DNA of 64,000 nt. Origin: Thermoplasmata archaeon. Lineage in GTDB: Archaea; Thermoplasmatota; Thermoplasmata; Lutacidiplasmatales; UBA184. Shown in pieces: positions 37,408 to 45,802 of the stretch. The position numbers and the translations under genes were made by a program. The stretch covers positions 4,288 to 68,287 of the forward strand of contig JAKIVU010000005.1 of the NCBI GenBank assembly GCA_022750375.1, in the 5' to 3' direction. Every line of letters begins with the position of its first letter. The stretch's first letter is position 1. The notes under the pieces are model-generated. The model saw only the letters and a list, made by a program, of their open reading frames with translations. It made no database searches and was not told the origin of the DNA.

Positions 37408-38433
37408 ATGGCTCCCTCCGTTCGTCCCTCGGTCACGTACGAAGCGCCCCCGAACATCGCGCTCGTCAAGTACTGGGGCGTCCGCGATCCGGCGCGGGCT
37501 CTCCCCTACAACTCCTCGCTCTCCGTGACCCTCGACCGGCTCCGCTCCCGCACCCGGGTGCGTTTCGACCCGGAGCTCGAAGAGGACGCGGTCGTGCTCA
37601 ACGGGGCGACCGCCACCGGCGGACCGCGCGACGGGGTCGTCCGATTCCTCGACCGCGTACGCGCGCTCGCGGGGATCGCGGACCGCGCCGACGTTCGTTC
37701 CGCGAACAATTTTCCGACGGCGAGCGGGCTCGCCTCGAGCGCGAGCGGGTTCGCGGCGCTCGCCGGCGCGGCGACGCGGGCCGCGGGCCTCACCCTCTCC
37801 GACCGAGAGCTCTCCCAGCTCGCGCGGTTCGGTTCGGGAAGTGCCTGCCGCTCGATCTTCGGTGGATTTGTCGAGTGGCGCGCGGGCGCGCGGCCCGACG
37901 GGCGCGACTGCTACGCCCGCCCCCTCTTCGGCCCCCGCCACTGGCCCGAGCTCGTCGACCTCGTCCTCATGGTACGCGACGCTCCCGTCAAGGAGGTGCG
38001 GTCCGCGGACGCGATGCAGTCGTCCGTCCGCACGAGCGATTACTTCGCCGCGCGCCAGAAGGAGGTCCCCCCACGGATCCGACGGATCCGCGCCGCGATC
38101 GGCGCCCGCCGCGAGGACCGGCTCTTCCCGCTCCTGATGGAGGAGTGCGACAGCTTCCGCCGCGTCTGCGAAACGACCCGGCCGAGGCTCGACTACCTCA
38201 CTTCCACTTCCCGCGCGATCCTCGCCGAGGTCCACTCGATGAACCGCGATGCCGGCCGCGCCTTGGCCGGGTACACTCACGACGCGGGAGCCCACATGCA
38301 CGTCTTCACGCTCCGACGACACCTCGCCCGGGTCCGGGCCCGCCTCACCCCGATCGATGGCGTCGAACGCGCCCTCGTCCTACGGCCGGGCCCTGGAGGG
38401 AAGCTCGTCTCCGCGCGACGCCGCGCGGCCTAG
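37408..38433 (+). CDS. diphosphomevalonate decarboxylase family protein (substrate specificity unresolved)
   Basis: 341 aa. PNIALVKYWG, GHMP motif FPTASGLASSASGFAAL, GSGSACRS, and YTHDAGAHMHV, which retains the Asp of the T.DAGPN block. Confidence 0.85.
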   Translation: MAPSVRPSVTYEAPPNIALVKYWGVRDPARALPYNSSLSVTLDRLRSRTRVRFDPELEEDAVVLNGATATGGPRDGVVRFLDRVRALAGIADRADVRSANNFPTASGLASSASGFAALAGAATRAAGLTLSDRELSQLARFGSGSACRSIFGGFVEWRAGARPDGRDCYARPLFGPRHWPELVDLVLMVRDAPVKEVRSADAMQSSVRTSDYFAARQKEVPPRIRRIRAAIGARREDRLFPLLMEECDSFRRVCETTRPRLDYLTSTSRAILAEVHSMNRDAGRALAGYTHDAGAHMHVFTLRRHLARVRARLTPIDGVERALVLRPGPGGKLVSARRRAA

Positions 38434-39272
38434 AGGACGTGCCGGTCCGTCGCGGGGTCCGGGAGCTCGAGGCCGATGTTCGCGGTGAGTCCGGTGACTT
38501 CCTGAATGTACCGGGCGCGGGCGTCCTCGTTGGTCCACCGCTTCAGTCCGTACTCGATCGCCCGACGGCTCGTCGCCGAGTTCGAGTGGCCGAACATGTC
38601 GAGGGCGCGGGGATACCACTTGTTCACGGAGCGCTGCGCCTCCTCCTTCGAACCGTAGTACTTTCCGTCGTTCTGCACCATGCGGCGGAGCACGCTCGCT
38701 CCGAAGTTCAGATGGAGCTGCTCTTCGCTCAGCATCAGCGGCATCGCGCGAGCCAACGGACCATAGGAACACTCCTGGAACGCGCGGAGCTGGTAGACGC
38801 CGACCCGGTCCACAAAACAGGTGAAGGCACCGACGTCGCCCCACGTGTCGAATTTCATGTTGAACGCGTCGAGCTTGTGTTCGCCTTCCCGCTTCGCGAG
38901 CAGCTCGTCGATGTACCGCTGTCCCGCCTCCCCGAAGTCGCGCAGGATCCGGCACGCTTGGAGGCCGTGGCGCGCCTCGTCCGCCACGATGCGCGATTCG
39001 ATCCAACGGTCCTCGAGGGTCGGCGCGGTGTCGAGCCACGGGCGATGCTGCTGGATCGACGCGAACTCCGTGTCGGCCTGGACGACCATCAACTTGACGA
39101 CCAGCTTCGCCATCTCCGGGTCGAGCTCCTCGGCGGTCTCGTACTTGTGGGCGCCGGCCGAAGCGCCCCAGAGGATCTCGCGAACCGGGACCACCGTCCC
39201 GCCGTCCTTGAGGCTGGACGACCCGGCGCGCGTCTTCGAGACGGCGGGGGGCGGGGTCACCGGACCGGACAT
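38430..39272 (-). CDS. PaaA/PaaC-like ferritin-fold di-iron oxygenase family protein
   Basis: Two ExxH motifs (IVADEARHG and LSEEQLHL) with upstream Glu residues. Overall similarity to the phenylacetic-acid-catabolic-protein family. ATG at 39272 chosen; the track uses a TTG at 39299. Confidence 0.7.
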   Translation of the reverse strand: MSGPVTPPPAVSKTRAGSSSLKDGGTVVPVREILWGASAGAHKYETAEELDPEMAKLVVKLMVVQADTEFASIQQHRPWLDTAPTLEDRWIESRIVADEARHGLQACRILRDFGEAGQRYIDELLAKREGEHKLDAFNMKFDTWGDVGAFTCFVDRVGVYQLRAFQECSYGPLARAMPLMLSEEQLHLNFGASVLRRMVQNDGKYYGSKEEAQRSVNKWYPRALDMFGHSNSATSRRAIEYGLKRWTNEDARARYIQEVTGLTANIGLELPDPATDRHVL

Positions 39273-39295
39273 CGCAGACCGAACGAGAGAAGGGC

Positions 39296-40078
39296 TCAAC
39301 GGCCCTTAAAGTTGGGCTTGCGCTTCTCGGTGAATGCCGCCAACCCTTCCTTCGCGTCCTCGGTGATGAACAGTCGGTTCTGCAGTTCGCGTTCGAGCGC
39401 GAGACCGGCGGTGAGCGGCATCTCCACGCCCTCCACGACCGCGCGCTTGATCAGGCTGACCGCACGGACGGGGCCGAGCGCGAGGGCGCTCGCATACGCC
39501 TGCACGTCCTTCGCGAACGTCTCCTTGGGGTAGACGTAGTTCACGAGCCCGATCGCGAGGGCCTCGTCGGGCGTCAGTCGTTTGCCGGTGATCATCATGT
39601 CGAGCGCTCGGGAGGTGCCGATGAGCCGCGGCAGCCGCTGCGTCCCTCCGGTCCCGGGCAGGACGCCGAGCGTCACCTCCGGGAGTCCGATCATCCCCGA
39701 GTCCTTGGCCATCATGCGGAGGTCGCAGGCGAGCGCGATCTCGAGCCCCCCGCCGACCGTGTGTCCGTTGAGCGCCGCGATGACGACCTTGGGCGTCTTC
39801 GCGAACTTGTCGAGCGTCTCCTGGCAGTGAAGGCAGAACATCGCCTTGAAATCCGGCGCGCTCCGCTTGAGCATCTCGATGTCCGCCCCCGCGCTGAAGA
39901 ATCCGGGCACGGTGCTGGCGAGCACGATCACGCGGACCTCGTCGTCGAAGCGGAACGCGTCGATCGCCGCGCTGAACTCGCGCATCATGTCGAGGTCGTA
40001 GGTGTTCGCCTTCGGCTTGCTGATCTCGATGTAACCGACGTGGTCCTCGACGCGCGTTTGAAGGTACTTGCCCTGCAT
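39296..40078 (-). CDS. enoyl-CoA hydratase/isomerase (crotonase) family
   Basis: Start at MQGKYLQTRVEDHVGYIEI. FFSAGADI, ALNGHTVGGGLEIALACD and GLPEVTLGVLPGTGGTQRL oxyanion-hole blocks. Confidence 0.9.
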   Translation of the reverse strand: MQGKYLQTRVEDHVGYIEISKPKANTYDLDMMREFSAAIDAFRFDDEVRVIVLASTVPGFFSAGADIEMLKRSAPDFKAMFCLHCQETLDKFAKTPKVVIAALNGHTVGGGLEIALACDLRMMAKDSGMIGLPEVTLGVLPGTGGTQRLPRLIGTSRALDMMITGKRLTPDEALAIGLVNYVYPKETFAKDVQAYASALALGPVRAVSLIKRAVVEGVEMPLTAGLALERELQNRLFITEDAKEGLAAFTEKRKPNFKGR

Positions 40079-40158
40079 GGTGTCACGACCGCCCGGGCCG
40101 GGCGATACGACCGACCGCACCCGCGCGGGCGGATAACGCCGGCGCTCCGGGGGCCGGG

Positions 40159-40875
40159 CTACGGCGCCGGCGGCGCATCCTTCGTGCGCTCGTCGACCCG
40201 CCCGTCAGCATGACCGACCAGGACCCGGGTGGCGAGTCCCACGAAAATGCCGGTCTCGACCACGCCGGTCACCGACGCGAGGGCATCCGCGGTCGCCCGG
40301 GGATCTTCGATGGGGTGCAGCGGGGTCAGGTCGAGGAGCTCGTTGCCGTTGTCCGTAAGATACGCCCGTCCGTCCGGTCCTTCCCGATGCCGCACTCGGT
40401 AACCGTCGTGGGCGAACCGACGAGCGAGCACCGCTCGCGCGAACGGGACGACCTCCACCGGGATCGGGGCCCGTTCTCCGAGATGGGCGACGAGCTTGGT
40501 CGGGTCGACCAGGATCACCACCTCCTTCGACAGGCGGGCCAGGAGCTTCTCTCGGAGCAGCGCGCCCCCGCCGCCTTTCGTGAGGTCGAGCGAGGGGGTG
40601 ACCTCGTCCGCGCCGTCGAGCATCAGGTCGAACCGGTCGTCGGCGCGGAGCGGGCGGACGGAGATTCCCAGCGAGCCGGCGAGTTCTTCCGTGGCCCGCG
40701 AGCTCGCGACGCAATCGAACGGTTCTCCCGGGAATCGCGCGGCGAGGGCGCGGACCGCTTCGCCCGCCGTCGACCCGGTCCCCAGGGCGAGGCGCATGTC
40801 GGGTCGGACGCGCTCGACGCCCCGTCGGGCGGCGGCGGCCTTCGCCAGGGTCAGTTCGTCGGGCACGACCGACAC
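40159..40875 (-). CDS. rpiA: ribose-5-phosphate isomerase A
   Basis: LALGTGSTA, DGADEV and KGGGGALLREK blocks. The GTG at 40875 is proposed as the start. Confidence 0.85.
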   Translation of the reverse strand: MSVVPDELTLAKAAAARRGVERVRPDMRLALGTGSTAGEAVRALAARFPGEPFDCVASSRATEELAGSLGISVRPLRADDRFDLMLDGADEVTPSLDLTKGGGGALLREKLLARLSKEVVILVDPTKLVAHLGERAPIPVEVVPFARAVLARRFAHDGYRVRHREGPDGRAYLTDNGNELLDLTPLHPIEDPRATADALASVTGVVETGIFVGLATRVLVGHADGRVDERTKDAPPAP

Positions 40876-40951
40876 GGAGCGGTGCCGACTATTCAACCCG
40901 GCGGACCCCGAGCCCGACACCCATAAGGCGGGGAGCCGTTCCCGTCGTTCG

Positions 40952-41659
40952 ATGCCGGTGCACGCCCCGTCGAACCCCCGGGCGGTCGTCGTCTCGATCG
41001 GGGGCTCGGTCCTGCTCACCGGCGCCGACGACCACGCCTACGTCGGGCGGCTGGCCCGCCTCCTGCGGGACGTCGGTCGGTCGACTCCGCTCGTCGTGAC
41101 GACCGGCGGCGGTCGAACGGCGCGGGATTACATCCGGCTCGGGCGCGAGCTCGGTTTGACGGAGGTCGAACTGGACGAGATCGGGATCGAGGTGACCCGG
41201 CTGCATGCCCGACTGTTGGCGGCGAGCGTGGGGGCCCCGACGCCGGCCCACCCCCCCACGACGATCGCGCTCGCGGTCCACGAGCTGCACCGTTCGTCCC
41301 CGGTGATCCTCGGCGGCACCGAACCGGGTCACACCACGGACGGCGTCGCGGCGTTGATCGCGGTCCGGCTCCGTGCGGCCCGGCTGGTCAATGCGACCGA
41401 CGTGGACGGGCTCTACGACGCCGACCCCCGAACTCACCCGGCCGCATGTCGGATCCCGCGGATCCGCTGGTCGGAGTTTCGCGGGAAGGTCCACCAGGCG
41501 ACGTCGGGCGAGGCGGGTCAGAATTTTCTGTTCGACCGCCTGGGCGCGGACTCCCTCGCGCGGGCGAATATCCCACTATCGATCGTCGACGGACGGGACC
41601 TCCCGAATCTCGCCCGCGCGATCCGGGGACGAAAATTCGTGGGAACCCGTGTCGAGTGA
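40952..41659 (+). CDS. pyrH: UMP kinase (archaeal type)
   Basis: The ATG at 40952 gives MPVHAPSNPRAVVVSIGGSVL...VVTTGGGRTARDY...GHTTDGVAALIA...NATDVDGLYDADP. The upstream part of the 387-aa track ORF is antisense to rpiA. Confidence 0.85.
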   Translation: MPVHAPSNPRAVVVSIGGSVLLTGADDHAYVGRLARLLRDVGRSTPLVVTTGGGRTARDYIRLGRELGLTEVELDEIGIEVTRLHARLLAASVGAPTPAHPPTTIALAVHELHRSSPVILGGTEPGHTTDGVAALIAVRLRAARLVNATDVDGLYDADPRTHPAACRIPRIRWSEFRGKVHQATSGEAGQNFLFDRLGADSLARANIPLSIVDGRDLPNLARAIRGRKFVGTRVE

Positions 41660-41701
41660 GCCACGGCGGCAGTCCCATTACGGTGGGTGGCGATACACCG
41701 C

Positions 41702-42334
41702 ATGATGCGACACATCGTGTTCCTGGGACCGCCGGGCGTCGGCAAGGGAACTCAGTCGGCGACCCTGGCGAAAGAACTCGGAATCCCCCACCTCTCCACC
41801 GGCGACCTCCTGAGGAGCGCCGTGGCGGCCCGTACCCCGTTGGGACTCGAGGCGCAAGGCCACATGGACGACGGCCGTCTCGTCCCGGACGAGCTGGTGC
41901 TCCGCATCCTCACCGAACGGTTGGCCGGACCGGACGCCCGCGCCGGGTTCATCCTGGACGGGTTCCCACGTAATCTCGGTCAGGCGCAGAAGCTCGATGC
42001 GATCACGACGCTCGACGCGGTCGTGTCGTTCGAGCTTCCGGCCAATCTGCTCGTCGAACGACTGTCGGGCCGGCGCGTCTGCCCGACCTGTCAGACCGTG
42101 TACAACCTGACGACCCGCCCGCCGAAAGTCCCCGGCCGATGCGACCGGGACGGGACGGAGCTGATCCAGCGACCCGACGACCGACCCGAGGCGATCGCGA
42201 CCCGTCTCGCGGTCTACGCCGAGCAGACCGCCCCGCTGCTGGGTCACTACCGGCGGGCCGGGCTCCTGCGAGCGATCGATGCGACCGGGAATCCCGACGA
42301 GGTCGCCGCCCGCGTGCGCGGGGCCCTCCGCTGA
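41702..42334 (+). CDS. adk: adenylate kinase (long, bacterial-type with metal-binding lid)
   Basis: P-loop FLGPPGVGKGT, STGDLLR, DGFPR, and lid CPTCQTVYNL...GRCDRDG (Cys3-Asp). ATG at 41702 preferred over the GTG at 41687. Confidence 0.9.
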   Translation: MMRHIVFLGPPGVGKGTQSATLAKELGIPHLSTGDLLRSAVAARTPLGLEAQGHMDDGRLVPDELVLRILTERLAGPDARAGFILDGFPRNLGQAQKLDAITTLDAVVSFELPANLLVERLSGRRVCPTCQTVYNLTTRPPKVPGRCDRDGTELIQRPDDRPEAIATRLAVYAEQTAPLLGHYRRAGLLRAIDATGNPDEVAARVRGALR

Positions 42335-42353
42335 ACTCGCGGCGCCCCGCACT

Positions 42354-42881
42354 TCAATCCGGCACGCGGAGGACGTCTCCCGTGGTCCAGCGTCGTCCGT
42401 CCCAGCGCAAGCGGACCCCCTCCATGTATCGGAGCGCGGAGCCCCACGACGGAGCGATGCGCGGAACGGCCGCGAGGGCCCCCAGCTCAATGATGCCGCC
42501 ATGGGAGATCATCAGGAGCGATCCGTCGTCCGGTACGCGTTCGAGCTCGGTGCGCCAGAGCTCCGCCTGGCGCGCCGCGTACGCGGCGGTCACCGAGCTC
42601 TGCCGGATCATCTCGGCGTAATCCGAGAAAGTTCGCGGTTGGAAAAGTTCCATCGGGACCCCCGCCTCGTCGGGCATCTCCGCAAGCTCGGCGAGGGTGA
42701 CATCCACGGAGCGACCCATCGCTTCGGCGGTCTCGATCGCTCGCGGTCGCGGCGACGTCACGACCCGGTCGAACGGGGCAAGGCCGGCTCCGATCGACCG
42801 GGCGACGCTCCGACCCGCCGCATTGAGGTGGGTGCCGGTGGGGTCCCTCCGGCTGTGCCGCCGGTGCTCGAGCGTTCGCAT
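42354..42881 (-). CDS. histidine phosphatase family protein (phosphoglycerate mutase-like)
   Basis: RHS (RHG-type) motif close to the N-terminus, TSPRPRAIETAE, and ISHGGIIE. Confidence 0.7.
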   Translation of the reverse strand: MRTLEHRRHSRRDPTGTHLNAAGRSVARSIGAGLAPFDRVVTSPRPRAIETAEAMGRSVDVTLAELAEMPDEAGVPMELFQPRTFSDYAEMIRQSSVTAAYAARQAELWRTELERVPDDGSLLMISHGGIIELGALAAVPRIAPSWGSALRYMEGVRLRWDGRRWTTGDVLRVPD

Positions 42882-42915
42882 TCCCCGCCCACCGGGCCGG
42901 CCGAGCAGGGGCAAG

Positions 42916-42921
42916 TTTATA
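42916..42921 (+). promoter_or_regulatory. TATA box for tRNA-Tyr
   Basis: AAGTTTATAGCG: the TTTATA core lies 26-31 nt upstream of tRNA position 1. Confidence 0.55.
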
Positions 42922-42946
42922 GCGCGTCGACCGCTCCTCGACGCAT

Positions 42947-43053
42947 CCCGGCTTAGCTCAGTGGTAGAGCGGGGGACTGTAGGCGAGACTGCCGGAGCTC
43001 CGGCGGCCCCCGTGGAGATCCTCAGGTCGCCTGTTCGAGTCAGGCAGCCGGGA
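42947..43053 (+). tRNA. tRNA-Tyr (GUA) with a 35-nt intron at the canonical 37/38 position (intron 42983-43017)
   Basis: Exons fold into a cloverleaf. Acceptor CCCGGCU/AGCCGGG with the archaeal Tyr C1-G72 pair, D-arm GCUC-AGUGGUA-GAGC, anticodon stem GGGGA/UCCUC with CU-GUA-G, T-arm GCCUG-UUCGAGU-CAGGC, discriminator A. Confidence 0.85.
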
Positions 43054-43227
43054 CCTGGGGACGCGGACCTTGGATTCGATGATCCCCGCCCGCGCAGGGC
43101 TCAAGTAACGAAGGCCGTTCGCTTCCTGAAACGTCCCGGCGCGATCTGCGCAAGTGGAACCCCGAACCCGACGGGAACGAGTTCTGGTTCCTGACCGCAG
43201 AGCGAGGCTCGGGAGGAGCGAAACCGC

Positions 43228-43926
43228 ATGGCGAAACCCGCGTCGGACCCGAAGATCGTCGTGAGTGAGAATGGCCCGTATCTGGTGACCGGTGGCGTAC
43301 CGTTACGAGTCCAGACCATCACGCCGAACCAGGAACGTCTTTCCTGGGAATGGACGGAAGGGCGGGAGTTTCCCGGTGCGGCTGCCTACGCACTTTGCCG
43401 CTGCGGGCAGTCCAAGAACAAGCCGTTCTGCGACCAGAGCCATGTGAGGGTCGGTTTTCGGGGAACGGAGACCGCCACCCGGCGTCCGTACGCCCGCCAG
43501 GCGCAGACGCTGGACGGCCCGACGCTCGAACTCCAGGACGCGGAGGAGTTGTGCGCCTTCGCTCGATTCTGCGACCCCGGCGGCAAGGTCTGGTCCCTCA
43601 TTGAACGTACGGACGATCCGGCGACGCGAGCGTTGGTGATCCGGGAGGCGAACCACTGCCCCGGCGGCCGATTGGTCGTGACCGACAAGCCCACGGGGGA
43701 GGTGCTCGAGCCGACCCTTCCCGCCTCGATCGGACTCGTCGAGGATCCGGTGGCCCGGTGCAGCGGTCCGCTGTGGGTCCGAGGGAGTATCCCGATCGTC
43801 TCGGAGAACGGAAAGCCGTACGAAATCCGAAACCGCGTGGCGCTCTGCCGATGCGGCGCGTCCAGCAACATGCCGTTCTGCAACGGCAGCCACGCGAGCA
43901 TCAAGTTCCAGGACGGGTTGAAGTGA
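43228..43926 (+). CDS. CDGSH iron-sulfur domain protein (two CDGSH motifs)
   Basis: 232 aa. CRCGQSKNKPFCDQSH and CRCGASSNMPFCNGSH are two copies of the C-x-C-x2-S-x3-P-x-C-D/N-G/x-S-H signature. Confidence 0.85.
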   Translation: MAKPASDPKIVVSENGPYLVTGGVPLRVQTITPNQERLSWEWTEGREFPGAAAYALCRCGQSKNKPFCDQSHVRVGFRGTETATRRPYARQAQTLDGPTLELQDAEELCAFARFCDPGGKVWSLIERTDDPATRALVIREANHCPGGRLVVTDKPTGEVLEPTLPASIGLVEDPVARCSGPLWVRGSIPIVSENGKPYEIRNRVALCRCGASSNMPFCNGSHASIKFQDGLK

Positions 43927-43962
43927 GGGGACGGCCGGGGGCCGTTCGGCCGACGCGGCGCA

Positions 43963-44034
43963 TGCGGTTGTCGGGATTCGAACCCGAGTAGGTAGCTTGG
44001 GAAGCTACCGTCCTAACCACTAGACCACAACCGC
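43963..44034 (-). tRNA. tRNA-Gly (CCC)
   Basis: The minus strand folds as acceptor GCGGUUG/CAACCGC, D-arm GUCU-AGUGGUUA-GGAC, anticodon stem GUAGC/GCUAC with loop UUCCCAA, T-arm UCGGG-UUCGAAU-CCCGA, discriminator A. Confidence 0.9.
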
Positions 44035-44094
44035 GCGCTCCCACGGGAAGGCGGGTCGCTCTTACGTTTTGTGCGCGCGGGGCGCTTCGCCCCC

Positions 44095-44583
44095 TTACAG
44101 GAGCAGGCCGACCGACTCCGCGGGGATGCTGGGGGCAGCCGCGAGCAGGTCAGGGTTCGACACCAGCCGGTCGGCCAACTGGCTCGCGAAGCCGGCCTGG
44201 CGGAGGATCCGTCGGGCGCGGGGGAGGTCGTTGGTGGAGAGGGCCACCAGCGGGTGGTTCCCTTCCCGCGCGACGAGGATCGCGACGCTCTGTAGGTTCA
44301 CCTTTCCTTTTGCCAGGACCTCGAGGACCTTGAGAAAGCTCCCGGCACGGTCCTCGAGCCGCACGGCGATCATGTCGCGGACCTCCGCCGGGTAGCCGGC
44401 GGCCGACAGGAGCCCGAGCGCGCGGTCCGGGTCGTTCACGATCAGGCGCACCCGGCCCTTGGTGCCGGTCGAGTCGACGCTGATCGCGGCCACGTTGATC
44501 CGTTCCTGGGCGAGGGTGCGGGCGACCGCCGCGAGCGTTCCGGGCCGGTTGGGCAGGGAGAGGGAGATCTCTCGGAGGGTCAT
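44095..44583 (-). CDS. tandem ACT domain protein
   Basis: 162 aa. Two repeats of the ACT pattern (LSLPNRPGTLAAVARTLAQERINV and VRLEDRAGSFLKVLEVLAKGKVNL). Confidence 0.75.
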   Translation of the reverse strand: MTLREISLSLPNRPGTLAAVARTLAQERINVAAISVDSTGTKGRVRLIVNDPDRALGLLSAAGYPAEVRDMIAVRLEDRAGSFLKVLEVLAKGKVNLQSVAILVAREGNHPLVALSTNDLPRARRILRQAGFASQLADRLVSNPDLLAAAPSIPAESVGLLL

Positions 44584-44657
44584 GGGCTCCGTTACACCGC
44601 GCGGACTAAAGGTTCTGACGCCCGGGACGAATAGTGACGCCCGCCGTCGCGCATGTA

Positions 44658-44663
44658 TTTATA
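44658..44663 (+). promoter_or_regulatory. TATA box for the pilus-like operon
   Basis: GTATTTATAGAC: the TTTATA core lies 35-40 nt upstream of the GTG at 44698 (59-64 nt upstream of the ATG at 44722). Confidence 0.45.
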
Positions 44664-44697
44664 GACGAACCGGGCCTAATTCTCGATACCCGGGGCC

Positions 44698-45798
44698 GTG
44701 CGGCCTCGGTGGGTCCGTCTGATGGGGGGAACGAACAACGTGACCGCGGGGCGGCGCTATCGCCGGGCCCGCCGGCTGCGCCACGAACGGCACGGCGTCG
44801 TCGCCGTGATCGGCACGCTCCTCGCGCTGCTCGTCTTCTTCGCTCTGTTCGGGATCTTCCTCACCCAGTACGTCCCCCTCTGGATGACCGACAACGAGGC
44901 GCTGCTGACCGCCCAGGCCTCGACCTCGTTCGCCAATTTCAAATCGTTCTCGGACGCCCAGTATGCCCTGGGAGGTCCCCAGTCGTACGGCACGCCGTTC
45001 GTCATCAGCAGCATGGGGGTCCCGTTGATCGCCCAGCCGACCCAGGGCTCCCTGATCTTCCTCCCGAGCACCTGCCCCGGGGGCCTCTACTCCACGGGGA
45101 GCTTCCCCGCCGGCACCGCCGCGGACTACGGCCAGCCGGTCAACCCGGCGTACTGCGTCTTCGACAACTACACCGAATCGGTCGGTCCGGGCGGCGTCCC
45201 CAACTACGCGCAACAGATCGCCACCGGCGCCCTCGAGCTCATCCTGCCCAACCGGTACTACACTCCGGAGACGTTCTTCTTCGAGGACGACGCGGTCATC
45301 CAGAGCCAGAGCACCGGCTACCAGGTGATGGCGTTCCCGCCCCCGCTGAATGTGACGGTCGCCGCCACCAACACGACCGTCTCCGACAGCTTCCTTCAAC
45401 TGTACGGCAACGCCTCCAGCGTCTTTGGCCAAGGCTCCGTGGAGGTCTACAGCCACCTGAAGTTCACCCAGCTCGTGACGTCCAACGGCGCCGGGTCGCC
45501 GTTCAAGTTCACCTTCGAGATCGGTACGCAGTACCCCTGCGCGTGGGACCCGTTCCTTTACCACGTGCTCACGAACAGCGGGATCGCTCCGGCAAACTAC
45601 CGCCTCGCCAACAATTTCACGTCAGGGAACCCGGCAACGCTCAAGGAAACGCCGCTCCTCAGCAACTCCTATACGGCGAGTTCGTGCTTCAATACGAACG
45701 GGGCGACCACGATCCTCTCGTTCTCGATCACGAATGTCAACTACGCTCAAGTCTATCAAGCAGGACTGGAAGTAGGAATGGGCGTAGGGAGCACCTAG
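44698..45798 (+). CDS. archaeal type IV pilin-like protein (Pilin_N-type class III signal peptide)
   Basis: Arg-rich head, then RHG/VVAVIGTLLALLVFFALFGIF resembling the archaeal pilin N-terminal domain. Large Ser/Thr/Asn-rich extracellular part with several N-x-S/T sequons. First gene of the ATPase/platform operon. Confidence 0.65.
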   Translation: MRPRWVRLMGGTNNVTAGRRYRRARRLRHERHGVVAVIGTLLALLVFFALFGIFLTQYVPLWMTDNEALLTAQASTSFANFKSFSDAQYALGGPQSYGTPFVISSMGVPLIAQPTQGSLIFLPSTCPGGLYSTGSFPAGTAADYGQPVNPAYCVFDNYTESVGPGGVPNYAQQIATGALELILPNRYYTPETFFFEDDAVIQSQSTGYQVMAFPPPLNVTVAATNTTVSDSFLQLYGNASSVFGQGSVEVYSHLKFTQLVTSNGAGSPFKFTFEIGTQYPCAWDPFLYHVLTNSGIAPANYRLANNFTSGNPATLKETPLLSNSYTASSCFNTNGATTILSFSITNVNYAQVYQAGLEVGMGVGST

Positions 45799-45802
45799 GA
45801 CG

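Noticed and set aside
43054-43227. Possible C/D-box sRNA between tRNA-Tyr and the CDGSH gene (GATGATC ... CTGA)
   Set aside because: The C-box is off-consensus (GAUGAU rather than UGAUGA). No C' or D' boxes or terminal stem were found, so support is insufficient.
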